DNA from: Selaginella moellendorffii
Taxonomy: Eukaryota > Plantae > Lycopodiophyta
Direction: 5' to 3'
NCBI RefSeq assembly: GCF_000143415.4
Contig: NW_003314318.1
Coordinates: forward strand, 930,001 to 994,000
DNA: 64,000 bases
The translations under genes were made by a program, and so were the position numbers. This document shows, in pieces, positions 62,413 through 64,000 of this stretch. The notes below the pieces were generated by a model that was not told the origin of the DNA, did not search any database, and was given only the letters and a program-made list of their open reading frames with translations. Numbering within the stretch: the first letter of the stretch is position 1; the number at the start of each line of letters is the position of its first letter.

Positions 62413-64000
62413 ATGGAGCTCCGTAGCAGCAGTCCTGAGGCTTCCAGGGAGGCGCTTACGTCGCTCATCACCAGGCGCTATAGGATTGCCGGCCCCAATG
62501 AGACGGTGCAACTCATGGGCGATTACCTTAAGGTTCGTGGAATGGAGTTTTCGATCAAATCAACGCATTTCTCTTTCTTCTTCTAGATCCTTCAGCTGGA
62601 GGAGCCTCTGAAGAAACTCAGTGTCATTCACGTCGCAGGAACCAAAGGAAAGGTTTGTGTGGAATTTTTTTCCCTCTTTCTTTTTCTCATTGTAGGGATT
62701 CTTTTTTCCACAGGGATCGACTTGTGCTTTCTCCGAGAGCATTTTAAGAGCCTGTGGATACAAGACTGGCCTTTTTACGTCGCCACACCTCGTGGACGTT
62801 CGTGAAAGATTTCGATTCAATGGGTTGGTATGCCTGAATGTCTCTTGCATTTTTTTTTTAATTTTATGATCTTGGAGCTTGTTCCAGAACTGAAGTGTCG
62901 GAAACTCTGTTCCAAGAATATTTCTGGTGGTGCTGGGATCGTCTACAGGTGAGAAAACGCTCAAGATATTGTGAGGCTGATTGGTTCTGAGATGATCAGG
63001 AAGGATGCAAATCCAACTTGCCTATGCCCTCGTACTTTCGGTTTCTCACATTGCTGGCTTTCAAGATGTTCACTTCAGAAAAGGTGAACCAAAACATTTT
63101 GATCGTCCTGAAACAATCCTCTAAACATGCAGCTGTTTTTCTAGATTGATGTCGCTATTCTGGAAGTTGGTCTCGGTGGTAAATATGATCCAACAAATGT
63201 GGTATGCTGGGGTTGATGCTAGCTACTGAGCTACACGCAATTTTTCTCAGATAGAAACACCGGATGTCTGTGGTATAACCTCCTTGGGATTTGATCACAT
63301 GGAAATACTCGGTAAGATTCTGTGTCAATTTGGAAAAACTCTCTGATTTGCATTGTCCGTGGTCGTCCAGGACACACGCTCCCCGAAATTGCTGGGGAAA
63401 AAGCGGGAATCCTCAAGGTATTTACTCCACATTTCGGAACTGTTCTTTCTGAGAATGCCTAGAACCTCACAGCCACGGGTTTCTGCTTATACTTCGCCTC
63501 AACGCGAGGATGCCATGGCCGTCCTCCAAGCACGAGCAGCTGATCTATCGGTAAGATCCATTTTTTCCTTCAAAGCTTTGATCTGTGACTCTTTCAGATT
63601 CCACTCCAAGTCGTCCATCCTCTAGCAGACACTGGAAACTTGGAACTTGGGCTCAAGGGCGATCACCAGCTTGTAAATGCGGCTTTGGCAGTGTCACTGT
63701 GCAAGCACTGGATCAAGAAAAGGGGGAGCGACGAGGCTATGGGAAATGTAAGCCTCGCATTTCACTGAAACCACCTTAACTGTTTTCTTGCTTGCATGCA
63801 TTCTAGGATGATCTCCCTGACGCGTTCAAGACCGGCCTAGCAAGCGCGCAACTGTTAGGCCGTGCTCAGATTGAACGCGATCTCGAAAACTTGATGCTAT
63901 ACTTGGATGGTGCGCACAGTCCAGAGAGCATGGAAGTGTGCGGCAACTGGTTCTCAAAGGCTGTAAAGAGTTCTTGCCAAAAAAATCCAAAGCAGGTACT
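62413..64000 (+). CDS. FPGS: Folylpolyglutamate synthase (runs off the window)
   Basis: IHVAGTKGK|[66 protein letters not shown]. Confidence 0.95.

Overview
Compact, gene-dense land-plant nuclear DNA: introns of about 45-60 nt, very short intergenic gaps, telo-boxes near many starts and PLS/DYW-type PPR genes. It is most consistent with a lycophyte such as Selaginella (inference from style, not from a database hit). About 20 intact spliced or intronless genes are present: HIRIP3/CHZ-like histone chaperone, BTB-BACK POB1/LRB-like, Snapin-like, a meiotic axis protein, a REase-kinase-like protein, DRG GTPase, lipase, HemD, PABN, ACL5, NAT transporter, PADRE/DUF4228, PPR-DYW, ASCH, GH28, organellar RecA, RluA-type pseudouridine synthase and FPGS. 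There are also tRNA-Arg(ACG), PPR and GDT1 pseudogenes, three decayed gypsy-family LTR elements, a Merlin/IS1595-like transposase relic and two 100-N gaps. The best finding is the gene at 20268-24229. It joins an animal/fungal SYCP2/Red1-type ARM-PH N-terminus to the closure motif, LRSKL motif and coiled coil of plant ASY3/PAIR3, and it carries five tandem, frame-preserving exon copies. Other candidates: a 14-3-3 fusion with a degenerate phospho-pocket, a Crinkler-like pseudokinase, a probable pseudo-PP2C, a 90-bp gapless hairpin (candidate MIRNA), a tRNA 51 nt from a lipase ATG, and in-frame PUS-TGA-FPGS genes. All homology calls come from remembered family motifs; no searches were run.
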